A stretch of DNA of 64,000 nt from Planctomycetota bacterium (GCA_030602705.1 JAUVZF010000009.1:94-64093); one strand, 5' to 3'; shown: positions 39,532-49,492, counted from the stretch's first letter. Translations and numbers: made by a program. Notes: a model not told the origin generated them from the letters alone.

Positions 39532-40077
39532 ATGCAGCCAATCTCGAAAGGGTTTTATCTGGGGTCGATCATAGGCGGGATCGCCGTTGGCGTCTTGCTG
39601 GTCGGTATAGGCTTGGCGGTGGCCCAGGCGGAGGAAGAGGCCGGAGGCGCCCTCGTGGCCATAAGCTACCTCCCCATGATCTACTCCATGGTCATCATGT
39701 ACGTCCTGATCTACAAGATCTGGGCGGCCATCCAGGGCCCCACTGCCCGGACCACGCCCGGCAAGGCCGTGGGATTCATGTTCATCCCATTCTTCAACTT
39801 CTACTGGATCTTTCAGGTCATCTGGGGATGGACGAAGGACTACAACGCCTTGATCGTCCAGAGGGGCATCAGCGGCCCCCGGGCGCCCGAAGGCCTGGGC
39901 CTGGCGACGTGCATAATTGCGATCATACCGTGCGTCAGCGTCATCACGCCCATCCTGATGCTGATCTTCTACAACGCGGCCATTGACGGCGCGAACGTCG
40001 TGATAGCGGCCGGAGCCCAGGCGCCCGCCGTCGGCGCGCCGCCTCCGCTGCCCGAGCCGCCGGCCCAGAACATTTGA
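39532..40077 (+). CDS. Membrane protein (IPFFNFYW motif, DUF4328-like)
   Basis: AAGGAG RBS, about 4 TM segments, TPGKAVGFMFIPFFNFYWIF. Confidence 0.78.
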   Translation: MQPISKGFYLGSIIGGIAVGVLLVGIGLAVAQAEEEAGGALVAISYLPMIYSMVIMYVLIYKIWAAIQGPTARTTPGKAVGFMFIPFFNFYWIFQVIWGWTKDYNALIVQRGISGPRAPEGLGLATCIIAIIPCVSVITPILMLIFYNAAIDGANVVIAAGAQAPAVGAPPPLPEPPAQNI

Positions 40078-40188
40078 CCGAAGGACGTGGCGGCACCGTC
40101 GCAAGCCGCCGGGAAAAACAGCGCTAGGAACTCTTCCAGGCGCCCGTGAGGGTATCCCCCCACTCTCGCGGGTGCCGTCTTGCGCGCA

Positions 40189-40615
40189 TGTAGGCCGGGG
40201 CGTGCCCCGGCAGGACAGGGGAAACCGCGAAGGACGCGAAGAACGCAGAGAACGGCCAGCGGCTGGTCAACAGCATATAGGCCGGGGCGTGCCCCGGCCT
40301 ACGTATGGCAGGCCCGTCGCACACGGCGAAAAAAAAAGCACGGCCCGTACGGGCCGTGGCACACGCGGTGGGTCGCGGCTCGGGGCTGTTTATCGGAGCC
40401 GCGAGCGCGAGCGAGCGGGCTCGGGCGCGACCCTCCCTTCGGTCGCGGGTCGGGTCTCGGGTGTCGCGTCTCGAATCTGGTTGGTCGCGTCTCGGGGCTG
40501 TTTATCGGAGCCGCGAGCGCGAGCGAGCGGGCTCGGGCGCGACCCTCCCTTCGGTCGCGTCTCGGGTCTCGGGTGTCGCGTCTCGGATGTGGTCGGTCGC
40601 GTCTCGGATGTGGTT
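40189..40615. repeat. Mosaic of REP-like repeats including a 112-bp-period duplication
   Basis: TAGGCCGGGGCGTGCCCCGGC x2, CACGGCCCGTACGGGCCGTG, duplicated block starting 40379 and 40491, GTCGCGTCTCGG repeats. Confidence 0.8.
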
Positions 40616-40623
40616 GGCGGCGG

Positions 40624-41574
40624 CTACTCCGCCAGTTCCAGCATCTTATTGTAAAACTCGCGGTACTCGTCGCGCTGGTCGGTCTTGAGGCACGCCATGG
40701 CGGCGCGGGGGTGCTGGTTCAGGATGCCGGTAATCATGTAGGGTACCATATAGCCCCACTCGAGTTCCTTCTGCAGGGGCCGGATCGTCTCGACCACGCA
40801 ATCGAGGACCGGCCGCAGGTCGAACTTCGGGTTCTTCAGAAACCCCAGCAGCAGTTCCATCGGGCAGTTGCCTGCCGCGCGGCCGAGGCCGTAAATCGTC
40901 CCGTCAACGAAGTTGGCGTTCTTGATGATGCCCTCGATGGTGTTGGCGAAGGCCAACTGCTGATTGTTGTGCATGTGGACGCCCACCTCGCAACTCGGGA
41001 CGATTCGCTGATACTTCTGGACCAGGTAATGCACCTGCTCGCTGTAGAGCGCCCCGAACGAATCGACGACGTAACAGGCGACGACGTGGGCCTCCTTTTC
41101 CACCTGCTCCAGGGCCGGGTCGAGTTCCCAGTCCGACTCGGTCGAGATGGCCATGACGTTGATCGTGGTCTCGTACCCCCGCTCGTGGGCCACGTTCTCG
41201 ATGGCGATCGCCTTGTCGATGTCCTTGACGTAGGTGGCGATGCGGATGGTATCGACCACCGATTCGTCGGCCGGGATGATGTCGTTGGGGTCCGACTTGT
41301 GGGCGTCCATCATGACCGAGATCCTGGTGCCGGGGTTCTCGATGCCGTCGGTGGCCGCACGCAGGTCCTTCTCGTCGCAGAACCGCCACGGGCCGAACTC
41401 CTTCGGATCGAACATCTCCTTGGAGTTGCGGTAACCCAGTTCGACGTAATCGATGTGTGCCTGGCAGCAGGCCTCATAGACCGCCCGGACGGTCTGGAGT
41501 TCGAAATGCGAATCGTTCGCCAGCCCGCCGTCGCGGATCGTGCAGTCGAGTACCTTGATCTGGGGACGAAACAC
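40624..41574 (-). CDS. DRE-TIM / HMGL-like aldolase catalytic domain protein
   Basis: LDCTIRDGG, VDSFG, HMHNNQQLAFAN, GLGRAAGNCPME. Confidence 0.87.
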   Translation of the reverse strand: MFRPQIKVLDCTIRDGGLANDSHFELQTVRAVYEACCQAHIDYVELGYRNSKEMFDPKEFGPWRFCDEKDLRAATDGIENPGTRISVMMDAHKSDPNDIIPADESVVDTIRIATYVKDIDKAIAIENVAHERGYETTINVMAISTESDWELDPALEQVEKEAHVVACYVVDSFGALYSEQVHYLVQKYQRIVPSCEVGVHMHNNQQLAFANTIEGIIKNANFVDGTIYGLGRAAGNCPMELLLGFLKNPKFDLRPVLDCVVETIRPLQKELEWGYMVPYMITGILNQHPRAAMACLKTDQRDEYREFYNKMLELAE

Positions 41575-41620
41575 CGCTGTTCACCTCCGTTTCGCAAGGG
41601 CCGTCGGTCACCGCGGCGAC

Positions 41621-41735
41621 CCGCCGCAAGGCCGTGCCTTTCAGTGGCGCCGCCCGCAAGCGGGCCGCAGTGTGCGGCACGAGCGGGGCATTATACACAC
41701 CATCGGCAATCGAGTGAAGGAAATGTAGCGAACAC
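41621..41735 (-). promoter_or_regulatory. Duplicated 115-bp promoter/leader, copy A
   Basis: Minus strand TTCACT-17 bp-TATAAT; 3 mismatches to 43387-43501. Confidence 0.75.
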
Positions 41736-41819
41736 CCGACGATGATCGGCCCGGACCGGCAGCACCGGCCGCCGGGCGGAAAGGGGATGCGTTCTGAAGG
41801 CAGACCCGGCCGCTACGGA

Positions 41820-41929
41820 CTAAGCAGGAGCGAGAAAGTGTTTCCGAACAGCCGTAGCGCCGGGGTTTATCCCCGGCGTGGAACCGCCGTCGGCCTGACG
41901 GGCGGCCGCCCGTACGGGCGCTACAACCT
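41820..41929. repeat. GTAG-type REP doublet, copy 2
   Basis: Inverted copy of 9934-10043. Confidence 0.85.
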
Positions 41930-41968
41930 TGGGTCCACGCCAAGTCAGCCGCCGAATTCGGATTGACT

Positions 41969-43339
41969 TCATCGCTCCTGCTTAGCGACGGGCTCGAGAA
42001 ACTCGTACAGACGCAGCATATTCGGTTCGGGGAGCGGGGGCTTGCGCGGCCGGTCGCGGTTCGCCGGCAGCGTCTCCCACCGGAGGGCATATCGGATGCC
42101 GGGCGCGCCGCCCGAACCGGAATCCCCGGCCCATCGGACCTCGAGCCCCGGAAACGCGGACTCGACCTTCCCCAGTTGCTTCGGGCGCGGCCGGCCGCCC
42201 CGGTACGGGTCCGTATGGACAGGCGACCGCCCGATGTGCCTGAGCGTCGCCTCATCGACCAGGAAAAGCCCCGACCCGCGCTTGACGTGCCGGCAGGACT
42301 GGACCAGTTTGCCCTCGGGCGTGACGCGGACGCCGCCGATTCGCACCTCAGACACGATGGCCCCACCGCCGCGGAAGTCCCAGCGGTAATCCCAGTCGGT
42401 GGCCCGAGCGATCCGCCACCGGCCGCCCTCCAGCCGCGCGTTATACAACTGCGTCTTGCCCTCGGCGTCGAACTTGTGGTAACTGACGATGACGCGCCGC
42501 TTCGAGTCGAAACCCAGCACCACGTTGCCGTTGATGACACCCCCGCCAGGCGGAACCGGATCGACGATCAGGCCGGGCGTCTCGACGGTCATCGGCAGCC
42601 GAACCGTCCGGCCGGCAGCCGTCTCCCAACGGCGAAGATCCTTGCTCCGCGCGTACGACGGGTCGTGGTTGGTCGCGCAGTCGGGCGTATCGCGCCAGAC
42701 CCAGCATAAATGGAAGTACCCGTCGGGGCCCTTCACCGGCCCGTGGAGGTACGCGTTCATCCTGCCCCGACCGTCGGTCAGGGGCGAATCGAGCATGCGG
42801 CGCCACGCTTGCTTTTCGTGATCGTACACATTGTAGATCTGGTCGCCGTTTCCGCTGCCCCCGTCGCGGTAGGTGAAGATGAGTTCGTTGTCCGGGCCGC
42901 GGAAGAATCGCGGATACGTAACCCGTTTCTCCCGGGCGCCCACCATCCGGTCGACCCGCTCGAAGGCCGTGATGTCGTGCGGCCGCGCGGTCCGGAAATA
43001 CTTGAGCGGCGCGCCGTGCATGTTGCCGCTCAGGTGGACGTGCCCGTCATCGTCGACAGCCATGCGGACGGAGTTGTGGCTGTCCCAGCCGACCTTCTCC
43101 GGCAGGCGGACCAGTTGGAACCGGTCGGCCTCCAGCGTGCGTGCGCCTACGGTCATACGCCGCTCGGCATCGTAGAAGGCAACGTACTGCCGGCCGCCGT
43201 GGGTCAGGAGGTGGAATCCGACCGGATGCCCCGCCCAGACGGTGGCGATGTCGATGGTGCGTCGGATCTCGACTTCCGCCGCCGCCGGCACGGTTACCTG
43301 CGCCAGTGTCACTACCACGACAAAAACCATGATTCGCAT
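41969..43339 (-). CDS. Secreted BNR-repeat (BNR_4-type) protein
   Basis: Signal peptide, WDSHN, HLSGNMH, VTYPRF, YRDGGSGNG, YARSKDLRRW. Confidence 0.85.
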   Translation of the reverse strand: MRIMVFVVVVTLAQVTVPAAAEVEIRRTIDIATVWAGHPVGFHLLTHGGRQYVAFYDAERRMTVGARTLEADRFQLVRLPEKVGWDSHNSVRMAVDDDGHVHLSGNMHGAPLKYFRTARPHDITAFERVDRMVGAREKRVTYPRFFRGPDNELIFTYRDGGSGNGDQIYNVYDHEKQAWRRMLDSPLTDGRGRMNAYLHGPVKGPDGYFHLCWVWRDTPDCATNHDPSYARSKDLRRWETAAGRTVRLPMTVETPGLIVDPVPPGGGVINGNVVLGFDSKRRVIVSYHKFDAEGKTQLYNARLEGGRWRIARATDWDYRWDFRGGGAIVSEVRIGGVRVTPEGKLVQSCRHVKRGSGLFLVDEATLRHIGRSPVHTDPYRGGRPRPKQLGKVESAFPGLEVRWAGDSGSGGAPGIRYALRWETLPANRDRPRKPPLPEPNMLRLYEFLEPVAKQER

Positions 43340-43386
43340 CAGAGTTCCCCTGCCCGCCGCAAGTCGAACGCCGCCGGCCCGCCCGG

Positions 43387-43501
43387 CCGCCGCAAGGCCT
43401 TACCTTTCAGTGGCGCCGCCCGCAAGCGGGCCGCAGTGTGCGGCACGAGCGGAGCATTATACACACCATCGGCAATCGAGTGAAGGAAATGTAGCGAACA
43501 C
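43387..43501 (-). promoter_or_regulatory. Duplicated 115-bp promoter/leader, copy B
   Basis: Direct repeat of 41621-41735. Confidence 0.75.
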
Positions 43502-43522
43502 GGCCGCTGGGGGCCGGGCCCC

Positions 43523-45265
43523 TCACGCGCCGCGTCCGGGCACGCGCACCTCGGCCAGGGTCCGTTCGACCTCTTCCTCTTTCCTGGCGTCGTCCCAACC
43601 GAGCGGGGGTGCTATGACCTCGGCCAGTTCCTGGAGCACGTCACGGCGGGCGTCGCCGAGCAGGGCGATGGTGCTGCGGCGGCAGACGAGGTCCGTGAGG
43701 TGCTCGACGTATTCGTCGGCCGCGATGCGTGCAATCTCGCCGACCGTGTAATCGGGGAGCGATTCGAGCGGCCGTTCGGCCCCGGCGTCGGCCTGCGTGG
43801 CCCAGAGGCCGGCGGCGGCGCCGTAACGGTCGAGCAGGGCGGCGAGGCGCGTCTCGTCCAGGCCCGACGCCTTCGCGGCGCTCGCGATCCACGCTTCCTT
43901 CTGCCCCGCGTCGGCCGGGAAATTCCTGCCGCCGCCGATGGGCAGGTGCGCGGTCGAGCACCGCCGCTCGGCGCCCAGGCGCTCCAGGACCCGGTCGGCC
44001 GTCTGTTCGGCGAAGGCGCGGAACGTGGTCCACTTGCCGCCGATGAGATTGTAGACGGGAAACGCCCGGTCGCCGTTCCGAAGTCTGCCCGCGGCCCGAG
44101 CCGCTTTACGGCCAGGGGACCCGTTCCGGGCCGGTTCGATGGTGCGGATGCTGTGGCCGCGGCTGACGTTGGCCAGGACCTCGCCTTCGCTTGCCGGCAG
44201 CGGCCGCACACCACAGAAGGCGAACACGATGTCTTCGCGCGACACGTCGATGCCCGGAAACACGCCGCGCAGCGTCGCAAGCATGTAGTCAATCTCGTTC
44301 TGGTCGCAGGCGGCGGTGTCGGGGTCGGCCACGCGGATGTCGGTCGAGCCCATGATCACCTTGTCCATGAACGGGAAGACGATGCAGACGCGGCCGTCGG
44401 CGTGCTGATAGTAGACCATCCGCTCGCCGATCGCTTCGTGCAGCGGGCGGCAATCGATCACCAGGTGCGAGCCCTTCGTGCCGCCCATGTACCGTGTCGG
44501 CAGGCCGAGCGTCTCGTTGGTAACGTCGATCCAGCCGCCGGTCGCGTTGGCGAGGACGCGCGGCCGGACAGCGACCGTCTCGCCGGTGACCTCGTCCTCC
44601 AGGATCACGGCGCCGTCTTCGATGCCGCGCGGCCGCACGTAGTTGATCGCGCGGCAGTTGGGATTGGCGGCGCGGGCATCCTGGATGAGTTCGATACACA
44701 GGCGCTCGGCCTGGGTAATCCAGGCGTCCCAGTACGTTGCGGTGGCGGCGATGTTCGGGTTCAGCCCCGGTATGCTTCGGAGCGACTCGTCCCTGGACGT
44801 GATGAAGTGCGTGGGCGTCCGGCGGTCTTTGCGGGTAATGAAGTCGTAGAACGCCAGGCCTATCTTGACGGGCACGACGCCCCGGCTGCCCGGTGTCACG
44901 GAGAGGCCTGAGAAGATGAGCGCCGACCGGGCCAGCCCGCCGAGATACGAGAACAGCGGCATGGTCGTCTTCAGCGGCGAGACGTAATGCGGCGCGTTCT
45001 CGAGCAGGCGGTTGCGTTCGAAGAGCGCTTCGCGGACCAGTTGGAACTCGCGGTTCTCCAGGTACCGGAGCCCCCCGTGGATCATCCGCGACGATTTGGA
45101 ACTCGCCCCGGCGACGAAGTCCGACTTGTCCACCAGCAGGCAGTCCACGCCCTGAAGCGCCAGTTCCCTGAACAACCCCGTCCCGTTCACACCGCCGCCC
45201 AGGATCAGGACGGGGACCTCGGGGTTCGCGCGGATGCCTTGGAGGGTTTGTTCTCGCGGGTTCAT
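43523..45265 (-). CDS. FAD-dependent glycerol-3-phosphate dehydrogenase/oxidase family
   Basis: ILGGGVNG, SSRMIHGGLRYLE, TKGSHL, GVRPL, GGKWTTFR. Confidence 0.9.
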   Translation of the reverse strand: MNPREQTLQGIRANPEVPVLILGGGVNGTGLFRELALQGVDCLLVDKSDFVAGASSKSSRMIHGGLRYLENREFQLVREALFERNRLLENAPHYVSPLKTTMPLFSYLGGLARSALIFSGLSVTPGSRGVVPVKIGLAFYDFITRKDRRTPTHFITSRDESLRSIPGLNPNIAATATYWDAWITQAERLCIELIQDARAANPNCRAINYVRPRGIEDGAVILEDEVTGETVAVRPRVLANATGGWIDVTNETLGLPTRYMGGTKGSHLVIDCRPLHEAIGERMVYYQHADGRVCIVFPFMDKVIMGSTDIRVADPDTAACDQNEIDYMLATLRGVFPGIDVSREDIVFAFCGVRPLPASEGEVLANVSRGHSIRTIEPARNGSPGRKAARAAGRLRNGDRAFPVYNLIGGKWTTFRAFAEQTADRVLERLGAERRCSTAHLPIGGGRNFPADAGQKEAWIASAAKASGLDETRLAALLDRYGAAAGLWATQADAGAERPLESLPDYTVGEIARIAADEYVEHLTDLVCRRSTIALLGDARRDVLQELAEVIAPPLGWDDARKEEEVERTLAEVRVPGRGA

Positions 45266-45400
45266 CTGCGTGGCTCGGTTAGCACAGGGAACGATACGGT
45301 CTTGCGCGGCGGGTCTCCGTACCCGCCGCGCTGCAGCCAAACGCGGTGGGTCAGGAGACCCACCGCGCGAGTCTCGGTCCGAACTGCGGCCTCGCCGCGC

Positions 45401-46948
45401 TCACGACGCCGCCAGGTCGGCAAGCGACGCGCTGATCTGCTTCAGCGACGGGTAGACCTGCCGGTAGACCTCGAACCGCTCGGCGTACGTCTCGGCGAGA
45501 CGGGCGTTGGGCTCGTACACGGGGCCGGGTCTGCGGACCTTCTCGAAGGCGTGGAGTTCGTCGTTGTAGATGCCGACGCCGATGCCGGCGAGCATGGCGG
45601 CGCCGAGCGGCGTGGCCTCCTCAATCTGCGGCGCCTCGACCGGCACGCCGGACACGTCGGCCTTGTTCTGCATCCAGAACGTGTTGCGTGTGGCGCCGCC
45701 GACGGCAACGATGCGCTCGGCCGTCAGCCCCAGGCCGCCCTCGACGGCCCGGAGGATATCGAGGAACTGGTAATCGAGCCCCTCGAAGATGGCGCGGATC
45801 ATCTCTGCCTTCGTGGTCATGCTGCGAAGCCCGACGAACGCCCCGCGCGACTTCGGATCGACCACCGGACACGTGCTGCCCGAGAGGTGCGGCAGAAAGA
45901 GGAGCCCGCCCGCCCCCGGCGGCGCTTCCTTGGCCGCGCCGATGAGGTAGTCCCAGTCGGTCCCGCCTTCGGTTTCGTTCCGATGCGATTCCGCCAGGCC
46001 GTACTCCTTGCGGAACCATTCGAGGCACTCGCCCGCCGGCGTGCTCGCCCACGCCGCCCACGTGCCGCGAGCCACGTGCGCCTGGACCGTCAGGCCGGTC
46101 TGCCTCAGTTGCGGCGTCAGGACGGGCTCGGGCTTCGAGGCCGAGACGATCTCCCACGTGCCCGTCACGTCGAGGACGACGCCCGGCCGGAACGCCCCCA
46201 CGGGCAGGTTGCCGCACAGATGGTCGTGGCCTCCGAGGACCACGGGCGTGCCGGCGGGCAGGCCCGTCGCCCGGGCGGCGTCGGCGGTTACTTCGCCCAG
46301 CACGGTGGTGCTCGGATGGGCGTCGGGCATGAGGCGCCGGTCGATGCCGGCAAGACCCAGCAGTTCATCCGACCAGTCGAGCGTTTTCTGGTCGAAGAGC
46401 ATCATGCACGACGCCATGCTGTAGTCGGTGGCCCGGCGCCGGCAGAGCATGAAGTTCAGGAAGTCTTCGATGAGGAGCCATGTGGCGGTGCGCGCGAGAA
46501 TCTCAGGCTCGTTCTCGGCCATCCACCGTATCCTGAGCGCCGCGTTGATGGCCCAGACGGGGTTGCCGCCGATGGAGAACGTCTTCTCGGCCCCGATGTT
46601 GGCGAGCCACCACTGGAGTTGCGGCTGGGTGCGCGGGTCGAGCCAACTGATGAACGGGTACAGCCACGTGCCGTCTTCGGCGATGGGCACGCCGTCCATG
46701 CCCATGCCGGTGACGGCTACGGCCTTGATGCGGGCGGGGTCGTCGAGGCGGCCGACGGCTTCGCGGAGCGCTTCGGCGGTGCCGCCCCAGATTTGCTGCG
46801 GCTGCCACACGGTCCAGTCGGGATGGTCGGTGTCCGGGTTGAAGCGTTCGGTCGGCCGCGCGCCGCCGGCGACCGCGTTGCCGTCGGTATCGTAGATGAC
46901 GGCCTTCAGGCTGGTTGAGCCGAGGTCGATGCCGACCAGGTAGTCCAT
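45401..46948 (-). CDS. FGGY family carbohydrate kinase
   Basis: GIDLGSTSLKA, SWLDPR, GGHDH, TGTWE, AIFEG, GAAMLAG. Confidence 0.92.
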   Translation of the reverse strand: MDYLVGIDLGSTSLKAVIYDTDGNAVAGGARPTERFNPDTDHPDWTVWQPQQIWGGTAEALREAVGRLDDPARIKAVAVTGMGMDGVPIAEDGTWLYPFISWLDPRTQPQLQWWLANIGAEKTFSIGGNPVWAINAALRIRWMAENEPEILARTATWLLIEDFLNFMLCRRRATDYSMASCMMLFDQKTLDWSDELLGLAGIDRRLMPDAHPSTTVLGEVTADAARATGLPAGTPVVLGGHDHLCGNLPVGAFRPGVVLDVTGTWEIVSASKPEPVLTPQLRQTGLTVQAHVARGTWAAWASTPAGECLEWFRKEYGLAESHRNETEGGTDWDYLIGAAKEAPPGAGGLLFLPHLSGSTCPVVDPKSRGAFVGLRSMTTKAEMIRAIFEGLDYQFLDILRAVEGGLGLTAERIVAVGGATRNTFWMQNKADVSGVPVEAPQIEEATPLGAAMLAGIGVGIYNDELHAFEKVRRPGPVYEPNARLAETYAERFEVYRQVYPSLKQISASLADLAAS

Positions 46949-46957
46949 CGTTTCACC

Positions 46958-47118
46958 GTACCTGTTTAGCGTGCTCTCGAAGCGATGTCATTTCGACCGA
47001 GGCCGTACGGCCGAGCGGAGAAATCTCATCGTCCGCACACGCGTAACGGCGATCCCGGCGCGCCGGGACTCGACTCGCTTCGCTCGCTCGGAATGACACG
47101 CTAAACATAAACACGTAC
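46958..47118. mobile_element. MITE copy 2 (161 bp)
   Basis: Same TIRs; 8-bp TSD GTTTCACC (46950-57, 47119-26). Confidence 0.85.
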
Positions 47119-47127
47119 GTTTCACCT

Positions 47128-48165
47128 TTACAGGGCCAGGGGATACCGGCCGTACGCCTTGAGCGTCTCGAGCATGGCCGCGTAGTTCTCGGGCCGGATG
47201 GAGGAGTGAATCGAGTTGCTCGACGAGAGGATATAGCCGCCGCCGGGGGCGCCTTGGCGGAGCGCCTCTTTCGTCGCCTCGGCGACCTCGTCGGTGGCGC
47301 CGTACACGAGTACCTCCGCACAGTCCACGTTGCCCTTGAGGGCCACGCGGTCGCCGAACCTGGCCTTGACCTGGGCCAGGTCCATGCCGCCCTGGGGGTC
47401 GATCGGGTCGAGGCAACTTATTCCGGCCTCGATCATCATGTCGATGATGGGCCGGATATTGCCGTCGCAGTGCTTGATGAACGGCAACCCCAGTTCCTTG
47501 AAGCCCGCCGCCACACGCTTCAGGCCCGGGTAGAAGAGCGTCCGGAAATGGCCCGGCGACATGAACGGCCCGGTGTTGCCGGCGTAATCGTCGCCGGTCC
47601 AGACGAAATCGGCGCCGCGCTTGGCCACCTCCCGTGCCATCTCCAGATTGATCGCCACCGACAGGGCGACGAGGGCCGTCACCAGGTCGGGCTCGGCGGC
47701 GATGGCCATGAGCAGGTTCTCCATGCCCGTCAGGTACCGCGGGATGGAGAACACGTCGTTCAGGTGAACGCCGATGGCCATCTTGCCTTTGAACTCGGCC
47801 ACGGCCTCTTCGACCGAGTCGTAGCGGCCGGGGGCGTGCGGGTCGGGCGGCGTGTAACGCTGGAAGTCGTCCATCGTCCGGATGGGCGAAGCCACCTCCA
47901 CGCCGTGCTCCTCCCTGCCGTACTCCACGACGTACCCCCACTCGGTCCGCCAGCGGTCGGGGCCGACCTGTTCCTTCGTGTAGTCGGGCGCCACGAGTAT
48001 CGCGTCGTGGCCCATGCGTACGGCGAAGTCGTTGTGGGATGTGCAGCCGGGGCAGACGGCCTCGCGCACGTTTTTGGCGATGAGCCACTCGAAGTGGGGG
48101 ACGCGGTCGGGTTCTTCGCGGCGAAGGACGCGCATGACCCGCTCGGCGCTGGTCAGTTCGGCCAT
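47128..48165 (-). CDS. Uroporphyrinogen decarboxylase / MtaA-like family protein
   Basis: EPDRVP, GDDYAG, FMSP, KHCDGNI, LKGNVD, GGGYILSSSNSI. Confidence 0.87.
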   Translation of the reverse strand: MAELTSAERVMRVLRREEPDRVPHFEWLIAKNVREAVCPGCTSHNDFAVRMGHDAILVAPDYTKEQVGPDRWRTEWGYVVEYGREEHGVEVASPIRTMDDFQRYTPPDPHAPGRYDSVEEAVAEFKGKMAIGVHLNDVFSIPRYLTGMENLLMAIAAEPDLVTALVALSVAINLEMAREVAKRGADFVWTGDDYAGNTGPFMSPGHFRTLFYPGLKRVAAGFKELGLPFIKHCDGNIRPIIDMMIEAGISCLDPIDPQGGMDLAQVKARFGDRVALKGNVDCAEVLVYGATDEVAEATKEALRQGAPGGGYILSSSNSIHSSIRPENYAAMLETLKAYGRYPLAL

Positions 48166-48171
48166 GGGGCA

Positions 48172-49323
48172 CTACTCTCCCGCGAGGTCCTCGTGCGAAC
48201 TCTCTGCGACGTGTGCCAAAGCGGATTCCACAGGCTCGCCGACCCGTTGTGGCGCAGCGGCCGCGACCTGGGCCGGGCGGCTTTCGCGCATGTGGTTGCC
48301 CTTGGCCATGATGCACACGCCGATGATCAGGATGGCGATGCCGGCGACGATCCAGGTGATGCTCTTGCGGCTGGCCCCCTTCCACTCGCCCGTGCGGAAC
48401 CCGTGGATGTTGCCGACGATGATCGCAAACGACATGAAGGCCGCGTAGCCGACCGAGATGCCCAGTTTGCCCAGGCCGATGTAGCCCAGGCCGAAGAAGA
48501 AGATCGCCCCGTCGTGCAAGAAAGCCATGATCAGCGCCAGCACCAGGAGCATGCCGACGCCGGGCTTGCCGAAGTTCTTCCAGGTCTTGTTCTTCACGAG
48601 CAGCACCACGCAGTAGCCGAACGACGAGAGGGCCCCGCCCCACAGGATGAGCGCCGTCACGACAAAGGCCGCACGCCACGGCGGGTTGCCGAAATCGTTC
48701 CGGGCGATCCCCAGGACCGGCCCGGCGTAACTTGCCGCCACGGCGTAGCAGGCACACAGGATGCCCGAGACGACGCCGATCACAAGGCCGATGAGCATCT
48801 TCGGCTTCTTCGTCGCCGTTTGCACCTCGTGGGTCTGGTGCTCGTTCTTCTTCAGGCTCCGCTCCTTGAGGATGCCGGCCCGCCCGGCGACGATCACACC
48901 GAGCAGGCAGACGGCCACGCCCGCCAGGATCACGTAGCCGTGAGGCGTGAGCACCTCGTCGGCATTGTGCAGGAGCATCGGCGCCATCGACCCGAACATG
49001 ATCTGTGCGCCGTAGTTGAGGGCGTAGGCCAGCGAGAGGCCGATGAAGGCGAAACTCATGCCCAGCGTCATCGACCCCAGGCCCCAGAGGAAACCGAAGA
49101 CGAGCGGCAGGATGAGAACGCTCAACCCGGCGGCCGAGTAGATGGTGTAGAAGTCCTTCACAATCATCGGCCCCAGCGTCACGGGAATCAGCACCGTCAC
49201 GAACAGGAAGAACGGTCCCCACAGGTTCTCCCAGGGCGTGTCCTTCTTCACGAACTTGCTCGGCAGGCCGAACGACCCGCCGCAGATCGCACCCAGAAGT
49301 ACGAAGAGGAATCCCAGGATCAT
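48172..49323 (-). CDS. L-rhamnose/proton symporter RhaT-family transporter
   Basis: GGSFGLPSK..WENLW, GFLWGLG, IGLSL, GEWKG; about 10 TM segments. Confidence 0.82.
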   Translation of the reverse strand: MILGFLFVLLGAICGGSFGLPSKFVKKDTPWENLWGPFFLFVTVLIPVTLGPMIVKDFYTIYSAAGLSVLILPLVFGFLWGLGSMTLGMSFAFIGLSLAYALNYGAQIMFGSMAPMLLHNADEVLTPHGYVILAGVAVCLLGVIVAGRAGILKERSLKKNEHQTHEVQTATKKPKMLIGLVIGVVSGILCACYAVAASYAGPVLGIARNDFGNPPWRAAFVVTALILWGGALSSFGYCVVLLVKNKTWKNFGKPGVGMLLVLALIMAFLHDGAIFFFGLGYIGLGKLGISVGYAAFMSFAIIVGNIHGFRTGEWKGASRKSITWIVAGIAILIIGVCIMAKGNHMRESRPAQVAAAAPQRVGEPVESALAHVAESSHEDLAGE

Positions 49324-49339
49324 CGGCGTTTCCCTATTT

Positions 49340-49492
49340 GTACGTGTTTAGCGTGTCATTCCGAGCGAGCGAAGCGAGTCGAGGAATCTCGCCGTTATCC
49401 ATGTCCGGACGACGAGATTTCTCCGCTCGCCCTCGCCAAAGGCGAGGGCTCGGTCGAAATGACATCGCTTCGAGAGCACGCTAAACAGGTAC
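49340..49492. mobile_element. MITE copy 3 (153 bp, inverted)
   Basis: Same TIRs; 8-bp TSD CCCTATTT (49332-39, 49493-500). Confidence 0.85.
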
